Part shown: positions 51,942 through 61,870 of the stretch, piece by piece
How positions within the stretch are numbered: the first letter of the stretch is position 1
Layout of the letters: every line of letters begins with the position of its first letter
NCBI GenBank assembly: GCA_963747695.1
Contig: CAVVFV010000008.1
Coordinates: 139,592 to 203,591 of the forward strand
DNA: 64,000 nt
Direction of reading: 5' to 3'
Origin: Candidatus Falkowbacteria bacterium
Lineage (GTDB): Bacteria; Patescibacteriota; Patescibacteriia; Patescibacteriales; WJLG01
The notes under the pieces: model-generated
Database searches by the model: none
Seen by the model: the letters and a program-made list of their open reading frames with translations, nothing else
What the model was told of the DNA's origin: nothing
Made by a program: the position numbers and the translations under genes

Positions 51942-52748
51942 ATGGAACAAGAAAATTGCAATCACATGCACAGGGGCAAGGGCAAGATGATCGTCGCCTT
52001 AGTACTTGTCTTGGGCGTCATCGCTTTAGGCATCTTGGCGATCTTGCGCGACAAAATAATGCAAACTAACGATTACCAGTTTACCGTCACAGCCGAAGGC
52101 AAGGTTACGGCGCCGCCGGACATCGCCACGGTCGATTTCAGTGTCCAATCCACCATCAGCAAAAATATCGGTGACATCGTCAAAGACGGCAATACCAAGA
52201 TGAATGCGATCATTGCCGCCTTAACCGCTTTAAAGATTGATAAAGCCGATATTCAGACCAATCAATATTCACTTATCCCGATTTATAATTATCCGGTGGT
52301 AAATTACGTGATGACTCCCAATTCCAGCTCAGGCTCCACCCAAACCACGCTGCAGGGCTATCAATTAACCGAAGGCGTGGAAGTGAAGATTCGCGACTTG
52401 AATAATGTCGGCGATGCTATTTCCGGGGCGATCGCGGCCGGCGCCAATCAGACCGGCGACGTATCCTTTACTATCGATGATCAGAATAAATTGAAGAGCG
52501 AAGCGCGGGCCGATGCGATTGCCAAGGCGGTTCAGAATGCCAAAGACATCGCAGCCGAATCCGGCTTGAAATTGGGAAAATTAATTAATGTTTCCGACAG
52601 CTCAAATCCGATGCCTATCTATGCGTCTCCTGCCATGGATATGAAAGCTTATGCCGGCGGAGGAGTGGCGGCTGCTCCCGCACCCGCGATCCAGTCCGGT
52701 TCGCTGGAAATTACCGACGACGTCACGCTGACTTACAAAGTGAAATAG
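51942..52748 (+). CDS. SIMPL (DUF541) domain protein, membrane-anchored
   Basis: 268 aa with an N-terminal TM. The pattern TVTAEGKVTAPPDIATVDFSV.. and the C-terminal ..GSLEITDDVTLTYKVK are typical of SIMPL/26-kDa periplasmic immunogenic proteins. Confidence 0.7.
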   Translation: MEQENCNHMHRGKGKMIVALVLVLGVIALGILAILRDKIMQTNDYQFTVTAEGKVTAPPDIATVDFSVQSTISKNIGDIVKDGNTKMNAIIAALTALKIDKADIQTNQYSLIPIYNYPVVNYVMTPNSSSGSTQTTLQGYQLTEGVEVKIRDLNNVGDAISGAIAAGANQTGDVSFTIDDQNKLKSEARADAIAKAVQNAKDIAAESGLKLGKLINVSDSSNPMPIYASPAMDMKAYAGGGVAAAPAPAIQSGSLEITDDVTLTYKVK

Positions 52749-52944
52749 ATTGTCTATCAAAAAAGAGCTTGAAATATCAGGCTCTTTTTGTTTGGGTCAG
52801 TTTATTGTTGACAAAAAGGTATAAAGATGCCGGTTATTGAAGTAGATTATGCCCACGTAGCGTTGGACACGATTAGTCCTCAATCGAACCACTGGATGGG
52901 ATACATGGTTATTCGCCCGCCAGAAAAAATAAGATAGCCAATTC

Positions 52945-52982
52945 AAAAAAGCGCCAGACAGGGATGTCCGGCGCTCTTTTTT
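52945..52982. terminator. bidirectional terminator
   Basis: A-run, then agcgccagaca-ggga-tgtccggcgct, then a T-run, between convergent genes (SIMPL plus strand, copA minus strand). Confidence 0.6.
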
Positions 52983-53016
52983 ATGTTCTTTGTTCGACGA
53001 TCTTATGATAGATGTT

Positions 53017-55365
53017 TTAATCCCGATAAATCCTCAAGCTATTGCCGATGACGGTGATGTCGGAAAGGATCATCGCGAAGGCGGCGACGATCGGATTGGC
53101 GATGCCGAAGATGGCGAGCGGAATGGCGATGACGTTATAGAAGAAAGCCCAAAATAAATTTTGGCGGATGATGCCGAAAGTCTTGCGGGCCAATTTGATC
53201 GCTTCGACGATTTTGATCGGTTCATTTTTCATAATAATGATATTGCCCGCCTCTTTGGCAATATCGGCGCCCGCGCCCATCGCGATGCCCAGATCGGCCT
53301 GCACCAAGGACGGCGCATCGTTGATGCCGTCGCCGGCAAAGACGACGTTTTTACCGGTATCCTGCAGTTCTTTGACTTTCATTGCTTTGTCAGCCGGAAG
53401 AATTTCAGCGAAGAAATTATCGACGGCTAAAAGCGAAGCGGTAAAATGGACGGCGGCTTCCCGGTCGCCGGAAATGATAATCGAACCGATGCCCATCTTT
53501 TTCAGATTCCAGACCGCTTCTTCGGCGGTCTTTTTTAATTCATCGCGTAAAAGGAAGGCGGCGATGACGCGGTCAGCTTTGGCTAAGAATAATAAGCTGC
53601 CGCCTTCATCAGCTTTTTCAGTGCTGATTTTTTCCGCCCAGCCGGCGTCGATTTTATTTTCCGCCAACAATCTCTGGTTGCCGAGAAAGTATTGTTCGCC
53701 CGCATAATTCCCGCCGATTCCCCTTCCAGGGTATTCAGTAATATTCCCCTCCGCGGGAGGGGTGCCGAGCCCGACGAGGCGGGGTGGGTTTCCGAAAGTT
53801 GCCGGCGGAATATCTCCCGGCGGACAGCCTTCGTCGTTCGGCATCTTCTTCAAAGCCGGCAATTCGCCGCCGGCTCGAAGCGGAAAATTATCAGCATCCT
53901 CTTTGTTGATTTGGCAGAATTTTTGATCACCCGTCGCATAAATGGCAATGGCGCGCGAAAGGGGATGAGTCGAGCCCGAAGCCAGATTAGCGGCGATTTT
54001 TAGGACCTCATCTTGATCATAATTTTCGGCCGGAATTATTTCATATAATTTCGGCTCGCCCAAGGTGAGCGTGCCGGTCTTATCAAAAACCACGGTATCT
54101 ATTTTTTGCGCCCTTTCAAAACTTTCGCCATTCTTGATGAGTATTCCTTTCTTGGCGCCGACACTGGTGCCGACCATTACCGCAATCGGCGTGGCTAGAC
54201 CCAAGGCGCAAGGGCAGGCGATGATCAAAACCGTCACGGCATTGATGATGGCAATGGTGAAATCGTGTCGGAATAAATACCAGCCGATAAAAGTTAAAAT
54301 GGCGATACCGATCACTGAAGGCACGAAAATTCCGGAAATCGTGTCGGCTAATTTCTGTACCGGCGCTTTGAACATTTGCGCTTCCTCAACAGTCTTAATA
54401 ATTTTCGCCAAAACCGTATTGGCGCCGGTCTGGGTGATTTTAATTTTCAGTTGTCCATCCTTATTGATCGTGCCGCCAAAGACATTTTCGCCCGGACGTT
54501 TAGCAACCGGCAAGCCTTCGCCAGTCAGCATTGATTCGTCGATATCGGATTGGCCTTCAATAATCGTTCCGTCCAAAGGAATTTTTTCGCCCGGCTTTAC
54601 TAAAGCGATTTCGCCAAGCTGGACATCTTCGACATTTTTTTCAGTCGTCTGTCCAGATTCCCCGACGATCAAGGCTTTTTTAACTCCAAGCTCCATCAGT
54701 TTTTTCATCGCCTCCGAAGCTTTGCCCGAAGTCTTGGCTTCCAGATATTTTCCTAATAAAATTAAAGCGGCGATGGTGGCGGCCGACTCAAAATAGGTCG
54801 GCTTGAGAGCGAAGACCGCCCATAGGCTGTAAAAGAAAGCCGTCAGCGTGCCGAGCGAAATCAGCGAATCCATATTGAATTGCCCGCGAATGATCTGTTT
54901 ACCGGCAGAGCGGTGGAATTGCCAGCCAAAAATAAAAACCACGCAACCGGCTAAAATTATCTGCAGCCAATCCGTATTGGCAATATTTAAATATTTTCCA
55001 GGAATTTCCCACATCCAGATCATCCGGGAAAGCAGGGGAAGCGAAAAGATGATAGCCAAAATCGTTTTATTGCGCCGCCAGTTTCCCCTGGCCATTTCGC
55101 CATGATGCATATGATCGCCCGCCTTGCCCAGCGAAGCTCCGCCGCGGAGCGAAGTTGGGTCTTCAATAACCTTGTAGCCGGTTTTTTTGATCGTCTCTTT
55201 GATTTTTTTCAAATCGATCTTTGCCTCGTCATATTCGACGTAGGCTTTTTTGGTGGCGTAATTGACGTCGGAAGAGATGATCCCCGGCTGTTTTTTCAGT
55301 CCGCGGTCGATGTTCCTCGCGCATGATGCGCAGTCCATCCCGCCGATATTTATAGAAGTTTTCAT
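53017..55365 (-). CDS. copA: copper-translocating P1B-type ATPase
   Basis: 782 aa with N-terminal [19 protein letters not shown] motif [19 protein letters not shown] and GDGINDAP. The nucleotide-binding region carries an atypical insert of about 45 aa. Confidence 0.9.
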   Translation of the reverse strand: MKTSINIGGMDCASCARNIDRGLKKQPGIISSDVNYATKKAYVEYDEAKIDLKKIKETIKKTGYKVIEDPTSLRGGASLGKAGDHMHHGEMARGNWRRNKTILAIIFSLPLLSRMIWMWEIPGKYLNIANTDWLQIILAGCVVFIFGWQFHRSAGKQIIRGQFNMDSLISLGTLTAFFYSLWAVFALKPTYFESAATIAALILLGKYLEAKTSGKASEAMKKLMELGVKKALIVGESGQTTEKNVEDVQLGEIALVKPGEKIPLDGTIIEGQSDIDESMLTGEGLPVAKRPGENVFGGTINKDGQLKIKITQTGANTVLAKIIKTVEEAQMFKAPVQKLADTISGIFVPSVIGIAILTFIGWYLFRHDFTIAIINAVTVLIIACPCALGLATPIAVMVGTSVGAKKGILIKNGESFERAQKIDTVVFDKTGTLTLGEPKLYEIIPAENYDQDEVLKIAANLASGSTHPLSRAIAIYATGDQKFCQINKEDADNFPLRAGGELPALKKMPNDEGCPPGDIPPATFGNPPRLVGLGTPPAEGNITEYPGRGIGGNYAGEQYFLGNQRLLAENKIDAGWAEKISTEKADEGGSLLFLAKADRVIAAFLLRDELKKTAEEAVWNLKKMGIGSIIISGDREAAVHFTASLLAVDNFFAEILPADKAMKVKELQDTGKNVVFAGDGINDAPSLVQADLGIAMGAGADIAKEAGNIIIMKNEPIKIVEAIKLARKTFGIIRQNLFWAFFYNVIAIPLAIFGIANPIVAAFAMILSDITVIGNSLRIYRD
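53746..53789. repeat. GC-rich mini-hairpin element inside copA coding sequence
   Basis: cccctcc-gcg-ggagggg then tgccgagcccgacgaggcggggtgggt. This nearly matches the intergenic string at 11130..11182. On the minus strand it is translated in frame as ..[15 protein letters not shown].. Confidence 0.7.
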
Positions 55366-55422
55366 ATAGTCAGAGAAGAAATAAGAGATTTTTTTATCTC
55401 TTGTTTCTTCGCTCTTAACTCT

Positions 55423-55786
55423 TAATTGATTATGAATTTTCCCCAGACCATTCTCGTCTTTTTTGTCATCCTGAGCGCCGCGCGAAGGATCTATTAACCA
55501 AGAAGCTGGATAAGTAAAATAAAGGATTAGTAAGATTAAGTAGAAAAATATTTCGATAAAAATTTTTGTCGCTGAATTTTAAAGTTCCTACAAAATAGAT
55601 CCTTCGTCAGGGACTCAGGATGACAAAAGGGACTAATTTATTTATTGTATGATGAATTTCCCCCAGACCATTCTCATCCCTTTTGTCATTCCGACTTGTC
55701 CGCCTTGGGCGGAAGCGCCTCGCGAGGAATCCATTTGGTCCAAAAATATTTTACTCAGTGAACCATCCTATCATTAGTTGCGGTTT
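55423..55786. repeat. two decayed copies of the upstream gene's 3' end interleaved with hairpin (MITE-like) inserts
   Basis: gaatttTccccagaccattctc occurs at 55433..55455 and 55653..55676 as well as at the true gene end 55798..55820. Between them lies an insert with inverted termini ttttgtcatcctgag..cgaaggatc / gatccttcg..ctcaggatgacaaaa. Confidence 0.7.
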
Positions 55787-57124
55787 TTACTGAACGACGA
55801 ATTTTCCCCAGACCATTTTCATACCGCAAGAGAATTGGATCGTGCTGACGCCGTCGACCGGCGTGAAATCGATGATCGTGTCGCCGGAAACAAGATTGCG
55901 ATAAATTTGATCCGAACCGTTATAAAGGATGATGGCGTCGGTGCAGCCGGTCGAGCGCGGATGGTGGATGATCCAATGCACCGGAATGCCCTTCTTAATA
56001 TAGATGACGTTGGGCTGATAGCCGGAATAGCCGACAGTCATTTCCACGGTTTGCGCTTCGGTCGCAGCCGGAGTTGGCGTAACTTGAGCTTGATTATTCG
56101 AAGCAGCCGGACTCAATAAGCCAAAACTGCTTAAGGCGCGGCTGAAAGTGAAGAGACCAAGAATAATTACAATTATACCCGAAATTTTTAAAAGTTGCTT
56201 CATCCGGCTGGCGGTAAGCATTGAAACAAAACTGCCGAAGCCGAACAAAAGGGGAATAGTGCCCAGCGCGTAAACGCCCATCGCCAAAGCCCCTTGCAAC
56301 CAATCGCCGGTGGACAAAGCGTAAAGCTGCATCGCCTGTAGCGGTCCGCAGGGCATAAAGCCGGTCAGTAAGCCGATGACGAACGGTCCTTTGGGTTCGC
56401 GGTCTTGGCGGTTCCTGAAAATTATTTTGGCGATGAAATCCGGCGTTTGTAATTTTATCTTGTCGAGCCACTTGATCCCGGTTGCCAATCCTAACCCCAT
56501 CATCACCATAAAAATCGCCGCGATCAACAACAATGTTCCGGAAAAATTCGGGTTGATCCCGAAGAACGACCCAAATCCGCCCAATATACCGCCGATGACA
56601 GTATAGGATATTAATCGTCCTAGATTATATTGAATATGCAGATGATGATTTTTAACTTTTAACTTTTCACTTTTAACTGCCGATGTCGAATAGGCCATCA
56701 CAAATCCGCCGCACATTCCCACGCAATGGAAGCTGGCGAGCAGACCGATGATGAAGATCAAGCCTAGGCCGACATTCTTATCATTCAGATTGGCCATGAT
56801 CGCGAAGCCGCCGAAAGCTTCGATCAGAAAATATCCGGCCGCGAAGATCAGCACAAAAATGCCGGCCCAGAGCCAATTTTTATTAAATCCTTTTTTGCCC
56901 GATTCGATTACGTCCAGCAGTTCCGGCGTGTAACCTAATTCCTTGATTTTGCTGAAAATCTTATCCAGATCGGTTTTAGTTTCATCATACTCAACTCCGG
57001 CCCGTCCCTTTTCATAGATGACGATGACTTTCTTGACGCCGGGCATCGCGCCGACTTCCGCCTCGACCAGCATCTTGCACGAAGCGCAATGCAATCCCGT
57101 TATGTTGAACGTTATCTTTTTCAT
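55787..57124 (-). CDS. HMA domain / TauE-SafE (DsbD_2)-like membrane domain / C-terminal cupredoxin-like domain protein
   Basis: N-terminal ITGLHCASCKMLVE, membrane core with SFHCVGMCGGF, and a C-terminal beta domain ending FSCGMKMVWGKFVVQ. Confidence 0.7.
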   Translation of the reverse strand: MKKITFNITGLHCASCKMLVEAEVGAMPGVKKVIVIYEKGRAGVEYDETKTDLDKIFSKIKELGYTPELLDVIESGKKGFNKNWLWAGIFVLIFAAGYFLIEAFGGFAIMANLNDKNVGLGLIFIIGLLASFHCVGMCGGFVMAYSTSAVKSEKLKVKNHHLHIQYNLGRLISYTVIGGILGGFGSFFGINPNFSGTLLLIAAIFMVMMGLGLATGIKWLDKIKLQTPDFIAKIIFRNRQDREPKGPFVIGLLTGFMPCGPLQAMQLYALSTGDWLQGALAMGVYALGTIPLLFGFGSFVSMLTASRMKQLLKISGIIVIILGLFTFSRALSSFGLLSPAASNNQAQVTPTPAATEAQTVEMTVGYSGYQPNVIYIKKGIPVHWIIHHPRSTGCTDAIILYNGSDQIYRNLVSGDTIIDFTPVDGVSTIQFSCGMKMVWGKFVVQ

Positions 57125-57222
57125 AATCTATTGGTCGTTTAGGTACTTAGTTAATTAGGTACTTAGTGGAACCTTAATTCACGCCCTAAGCGCCTAATCG
57201 ACTAAGTGCCTAATTACCCCTG

Positions 57223-57495
57223 TTATTTGTTAGCCAATTTTGAAACTTTGAGAATTTCTTCGACCATTTTATTTTTAATTTTTTCGTTCCGGCTGGCCAT
57301 CGCATTCTTAAAACAAGTATGCAGATGATTTTCCATCAAAGATTGATGAGCGGATTTCAACAATCCGATCACGGCCAAATTCTGCTGCATGATATCGATG
57401 CAATAATCGCCTTGCTCGGTCATCTTGATGACTCGAGTCAAAAGAGTGTTGGCCTTTTTAAGTCCGGTTAAAATTTTCTCTCTTTTCTCGCTCAT
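57223..57495 (-). CDS. csoR: CsoR/RcnR-family metal-sensing repressor
   Basis: 90 aa with the C-H-C ligand pattern: YCIDIMQQ..ENHLHTCF. Heads the minus-strand copper operon. Confidence 0.8.
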   Translation of the reverse strand: MSEKREKILTGLKKANTLLTRVIKMTEQGDYCIDIMQQNLAVIGLLKSAHQSLMENHLHTCFKNAMASRNEKIKNKMVEEILKVSKLANK

Positions 57496-57723
57496 AAATT
57501 TAAAAAATAATTTTTAATTTTGCATTTTTAATTTTTAATTGTTATGTACCTGGGGTGGGGGTATGCCAATATCATAAACCCGATCTCTAAAAGCGTCAAT
57601 AGGGGTGCTGCTCGTCCTCGGCATCGTGACTTTGTGGAAGTATATCAATAAGAAATAGGATTTTTGTGATGAAAAAGCCGCGACCAATAGTTTGGTGCGG
57701 CTTTTGAAATGGTGCGGTTACTT

Positions 57724-58608
57724 TCAGGCTACCGGATAATCCTTCAGCTGCTCGAGAATTTTTTGGTGCACGTCCCGGGAGGACGAAACCAGAAGAGAGG
57801 GGATGCGGTGGAAGGAAAAATCCAGGTAGTTCGGAATCGGGTTGCCGGAGAAATCCGTGACCAGCCCGCCGGCTTGTTCGACGATGAAAGCGATGGCGCC
57901 CCAGTCGATCAGCTTGGCCTTGGGTTTCACGTAAGAAACGATGTCGCCGGTGAGGATGCTGCAGATGCAGTGGTCGCTGCCCTTGACCGGTTTGTAATCG
58001 TAATCCATATCCAGGCAGGTCCTGATCGTCTTCAGCTTGGTGGCGAAGGGTTCCTTGATGTGATAGAGCGATATCGGCGCATTGTTGGATGCTAGCGGAT
58101 CGATACGGAAATCCGCCAGGCCGTCATCGGGCATGATCCGATCGAATCCATCAAGGCGGAATGCGCCCAGACCTTCGATCCCGACAAAGAACTTTCTTTT
58201 GGCCGGTAGATAATCGATGACTCCGACTATTTTTCGGCGCTTGGAATCGACGATCGTAATGATGATATCGAATCCGTCCCGGCCATCCTTGTAGAGGAAT
58301 GTTCCGTTGATCGGGTCTACCCAGACTTTGAATTCCGGATCGGTCTTCTTTTGGAAGTACTTCCGGTTCAAGGATTTTTCCGCTTCTTCGCCCTCGAAAT
58401 CAACATTGCGGCCGCTGGCCAGAGTAACAACTTCCAGATAGTTTTCGACCGAGAGATCGGCATCGGTGAGGAACTGCCCCAGATTGGAAAATCCTTCTCC
58501 TTTGGCCCGGTGAACCTCGATGTCTTTCTGAACTGTCAGGGCATATCTTCCGGCTCTTTCCAGGTGGGGAAGATAAAACTCGACCAGTTTTGCTACTGCA
58601 TTTTCCAT
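57724..58608 (-). CDS. inositol-monophosphatase-family phosphatase
   Basis: WVDPINGT and DWGAIAFIVEQAGGLVTDFSGNP match the IMPase family signatures. Confidence 0.7.
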   Translation of the reverse strand: MENAVAKLVEFYLPHLERAGRYALTVQKDIEVHRAKGEGFSNLGQFLTDADLSVENYLEVVTLASGRNVDFEGEEAEKSLNRKYFQKKTDPEFKVWVDPINGTFLYKDGRDGFDIIITIVDSKRRKIVGVIDYLPAKRKFFVGIEGLGAFRLDGFDRIMPDDGLADFRIDPLASNNAPISLYHIKEPFATKLKTIRTCLDMDYDYKPVKGSDHCICSILTGDIVSYVKPKAKLIDWGAIAFIVEQAGGLVTDFSGNPIPNYLDFSFHRIPSLLVSSSRDVHQKILEQLKDYPVA

Positions 58609-58856
58609 GGCACACTCCTTTTTGAGGTGATATATTCCGTTAAGATTCGATTATTCTATTATAATGAGCATCCACGTTTTATATCATATTTTATTAAAAA
58701 AGTCAATGCTATGGCTTTGCGGGGTTGTTTTTCTGCCAGAATGCTGAAATTTATTTTTTATCTTGACTTATAAGATTTTATGTGCTTTAATTAGTTATTA
58801 TCGGTAATATGGTTACGCCGAAAGAATATTTTAATAAAACCAATAAATAAACAAGT

Positions 58857-59513
58857 ATGGGGAAGTTTAATCGAGGAGGAGATTTTGGCGGCAAGAAATT
58901 CGGCGGCCGGGACCGGAGTTTTGACCGCAACGCGCCAAGACAGATGTACAAAGCGGTTTGCGCTGAATGCGGCAATGAATGCGAAGTTCCGTTCAAGCCG
59001 TCGGGCGACCGTCCGGTTTTGTGCAGCACGTGCTTTAAGAATTCCGGCCGTGGCGAAGAACGCAGCGAAAGACGCGATGATCGCCGGGAAGAAAGAGGCA
59101 GTTTTGATCGTCCGAGAAATGATGGCGACCGGAAAATGTATGATGCCACTTGCGCCGAGTGCGGTCAGCATTGCCAAGTTCCGTTCCAACCCAAACCGGG
59201 ACGCGACATTTACTGCTCCGATTGTTTTGGCCGCGATGACAAGCATGAACATGAACCGAAAACTTTCACTCCCAATCAGGCTCCGAAGCCGATTAACTAT
59301 GACAAACATTTTGAAGCAATACACTCCAAGCTGGATAAAATTATGATTTTTCTGACCAATAAGCCCGGAACCTCGATCCCGCTGGATAAGGTTACCAAGC
59401 CCACCGCAGCTATTGCTACGGCGGACAAGCCGGCGGACAAGGTTGAAAAAATTATTGCCAAAAAATCTGATAAAAAGACTTCTGCCAAGAAAAACACCTC
59501 CAAGAAAAAATAA
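58857..59513 (+). CDS. basic protein with two CxxC..VPF.P...RP..C..CF zinc ribbons
   Basis: CAECGNECEVPFKPSGDRPVLCSTCF and CAECGQHCQVPFQPKPGRDIYCSDCF, with Arg/Gly/Asp-rich linkers and a Lys-rich tail. The same ribbon occurs at the C-terminus of the 14858..16633 ATPase. Confidence 0.65.
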   Translation: MGKFNRGGDFGGKKFGGRDRSFDRNAPRQMYKAVCAECGNECEVPFKPSGDRPVLCSTCFKNSGRGEERSERRDDRREERGSFDRPRNDGDRKMYDATCAECGQHCQVPFQPKPGRDIYCSDCFGRDDKHEHEPKTFTPNQAPKPINYDKHFEAIHSKLDKIMIFLTNKPGTSIPLDKVTKPTAAIATADKPADKVEKIIAKKSDKKTSAKKNTSKKK

Positions 59514-59665
59514 CTCTCATATTTTTCCGCAGTCCCTTCCCGGGGCTGCGTTTTTTAAAATCCTTTCCTTGATTTTTTCCAATCCATATGATAATTTTAT
59601 TGGCCTGGTTCTTTTTGTTTTGAATATCTTTAATTTACCTTTCACCTTAACTTGAGGGGGTTGGT

Positions 59666-61123
59666 GTGGATGCGAAATATTTAGGTTTTGACCTGAGCAC
59701 GACGAAATTGGCCGTCGGCGTCACAGCTAGCGACGGCGAAGAAGGTTTTGCATCGGTGCCGATGGCCGGAGCAACGAAATGGCTCGGCGAACCGGCATTT
59801 GATCTTAATCATCTGCCGATAATGATCGTCGATGTTTTGGAAAAGCTGGAAAAAGACGGCTGGGAATTTTCCCAACCGGGTTCGCTGTCATTTTCCGTCC
59901 GTCAGCACGACATGGCCGTATTAGACAAGTTCAACGATTTGCTGATGCCGGCTTTGAGCTGGCAGTGCAATGCGGCTAAAGAGAGGACAAAGTGGATCAA
60001 CAAAACAATGCCTTTCGAAGCGCTCATCGGGAAAGTTGAAGAGCGTTTCATCCTGCCGAAAGCATTATGGGTTTTAGATCAGCAACCTGATCTGCGCCCG
60101 AAAATCGGAAAAGTGATGACCACCGGCGACTACATCGCATTCCGGCTGACCGGAGTCGATAACTTGAGCACTTCCGACGCCTACTGCAACGGACTGCTGG
60201 ATAAGTCAACGAAACTTTTGGCGGGTAACGCCATCTTCGGCTGCGGTTTGCTGCCTGATTGGTTTCCGCAGGTGGTCGACAGCGGCTCAACGGTCGGCCT
60301 GGTGCGGATAGAATCTGATGACTGGCGCCATGCCTGTCAGAAGCTGAGTGGTTGGGAAGTCATTGCTTGCCTGGGTGATAATCATTCCGGGGCAGTCGGC
60401 TGCGGATTGAATTCCGACAGCACGATCGTTGTTTCCGCCGGAACGAGCGGAACAGTCGTACGCATCGGCCATCAGGGTGATGAACGTTTGGGCGAAGCGG
60501 CCTGTTTTGAATATTATGATGAAGAGATGCTGTTGATGATGATGGCGCGCTGCGGAGATTGGTATGAGGATTTCCGCAAACGCTTCGGAAACAAACGGAC
60601 CTTCAAGGCCATCGATCAGGAGATCGAATCTTTCATTACTGCCGGTCACGAACTTGATCTGGTGCGAGTGACGCAGGCAGTTAAGGGCGGTGTCTGGCAA
60701 GAAGTTTATCCCGCCGATTGGGGCGCTTACGCTTTTGCCAATCAGGCCGCCAGCGTTCAGGCCTCAATCGCTCTGGAATTGCTGCTGCTCGTTAAGAAGA
60801 TGCTCGTGGAAGTCGTCGATGCCAAAGCCGACATCAATAAGGTGGTTCTGACCGGCAATCAGTCGCAATCATCTTTTTTCCGCGAAGTGTTCGCAGTCGG
60901 TTTGGAAATGTTGCAGCCCGGCTTGAAATTGTCGATCAGCGACCATCAAGGACCGCTGGCTTATAAAGCTGCGGCTCTGGGCGCGATGATCAATGCCGTT
61001 ATCGGGGAAAGCGGCGGAAATATTGCGGATCACATCCGTAAACATTGCCCGACTTCCGAAGTCAAAAAGTGCAATTATCAGCCGGCGTTGATCTCCGGAT
61101 TCCTGCAAAAGCATCTGCAGTAA
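59666..61123 (+). CDS. FGGY-family carbohydrate kinase (substrate unknown)
   Basis: GTG start. N-terminal LGFDLSTTKLAVGV (actin-fold phosphate-1), then TTGDYIAFRLTG and VVSAGTSG. Confidence 0.6.
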   Translation: MDAKYLGFDLSTTKLAVGVTASDGEEGFASVPMAGATKWLGEPAFDLNHLPIMIVDVLEKLEKDGWEFSQPGSLSFSVRQHDMAVLDKFNDLLMPALSWQCNAAKERTKWINKTMPFEALIGKVEERFILPKALWVLDQQPDLRPKIGKVMTTGDYIAFRLTGVDNLSTSDAYCNGLLDKSTKLLAGNAIFGCGLLPDWFPQVVDSGSTVGLVRIESDDWRHACQKLSGWEVIACLGDNHSGAVGCGLNSDSTIVVSAGTSGTVVRIGHQGDERLGEAACFEYYDEEMLLMMMARCGDWYEDFRKRFGNKRTFKAIDQEIESFITAGHELDLVRVTQAVKGGVWQEVYPADWGAYAFANQAASVQASIALELLLLVKKMLVEVVDAKADINKVVLTGNQSQSSFFREVFAVGLEMLQPGLKLSISDHQGPLAYKAAALGAMINAVIGESGGNIADHIRKHCPTSEVKKCNYQPALISGFLQKHLQ

Positions 61124-61239
61124 AGTCGAAGAAGTTGTCATTTGGCCGTAGTTTCCTCCTGGAAGCTGCGGCTTTTTCATTTTTGCTTAGTTCGTAGTAT
61201 TAGGATATAATTCGTAGCGTTCGGATTATATGTCAAAAC

Positions 61240-61776
61240 ATGAATATAAATTGTAAAATAAAGAAGAGCCGGAGAGCGAAAAATATCTGTCTGCGCGTTT
61301 GTGCCGATGCGACCGCGGTTTTGACGATTCCTTGGTGGGTCTCCAAGGAGGCAGGACTGAAATTTTTGCACAGCAAACAAGGTTGGCTGGCCGACAAGAT
61401 AAGAGAGAAGAGAGAAGAAATTAGCAAAAGGCCGCGGCGAACCAGGGCGCATTATCTGGAAAATAAAAGAGCGGCGGAGAGATTGGTGTGGGGTAGGCTC
61501 GAGCATTTTAATGCTTTTTACAATTTTTCCTACAACCGCGTTTGCATTCGCGACCAGCAGAGCCGCTGGGGGAGCTGTTCGGCCAGGAAGAATCTGAATT
61601 TTTCTTACCGGATCGTTTTCTTGCCGCAGGAATTGGCCGATTATCTCGTCGTCCACGAACTTTGCCACTTGGGCGAGATGAACCATTCGCCGCGATTTTG
61701 GAAATTGGTTGAGAAGACAATTCCGAATTATAAGATATTAAGGAAAGAATTGTTGAAGAAAGGGAATTATTATTAA
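61240..61776 (+). CDS. DUF45/YgjP-type (M48-like) zinc metallopeptidase
   Basis: VVHELCHLGEMNHSPRFW carries HExxH plus the conserved NHS..FW. Confidence 0.75.
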   Translation: MNINCKIKKSRRAKNICLRVCADATAVLTIPWWVSKEAGLKFLHSKQGWLADKIREKREEISKRPRRTRAHYLENKRAAERLVWGRLEHFNAFYNFSYNRVCIRDQQSRWGSCSARKNLNFSYRIVFLPQELADYLVVHELCHLGEMNHSPRFWKLVEKTIPNYKILRKELLKKGNYY

Positions 61777-61870
61777 TCTGATGCGAATGCCGCGAAAACC
61801 GCGAATAGTGCTAAATAAGGTTCGCGGTTTTCGCGGCATTCGCGCCCATTCGTAGATTTGCATCATATTT
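61777..61870. repeat. long-hairpin intergenic element R2
   Basis: Perfect 23-bp stem gcgaatgccgcgaaaaccgcgaa (61783..61805) / ttcgcggttttcgcggcattcgc (61821..61843), followed by cattcgtagatttgcatcatattt directly abutting ATG 61871. Confidence 0.75.

Noticed and set aside
52827-52937. 36-codon ORF (MPVIEVDYAHVALDTISPQSNHWMGYMVIRPPEKIR) between two terminators, near a TTGACA hexamer at 52808.
   Set aside because: There is no properly spaced -10 box, a weak SD and no recognisable family. It cannot be supported from sequence alone.
58787-59324. Minus-strand ORFs 58787..59149 and 58791..59324, and the plus-frame ORF 58885..59346, overlapping 58857..59513.
   Set aside because: The 58857..59513 frame contains two copies of a specific zinc-ribbon motif that recurs in another protein of the window. 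The competing frames are Ala/Arg/Ser-rich shadows.
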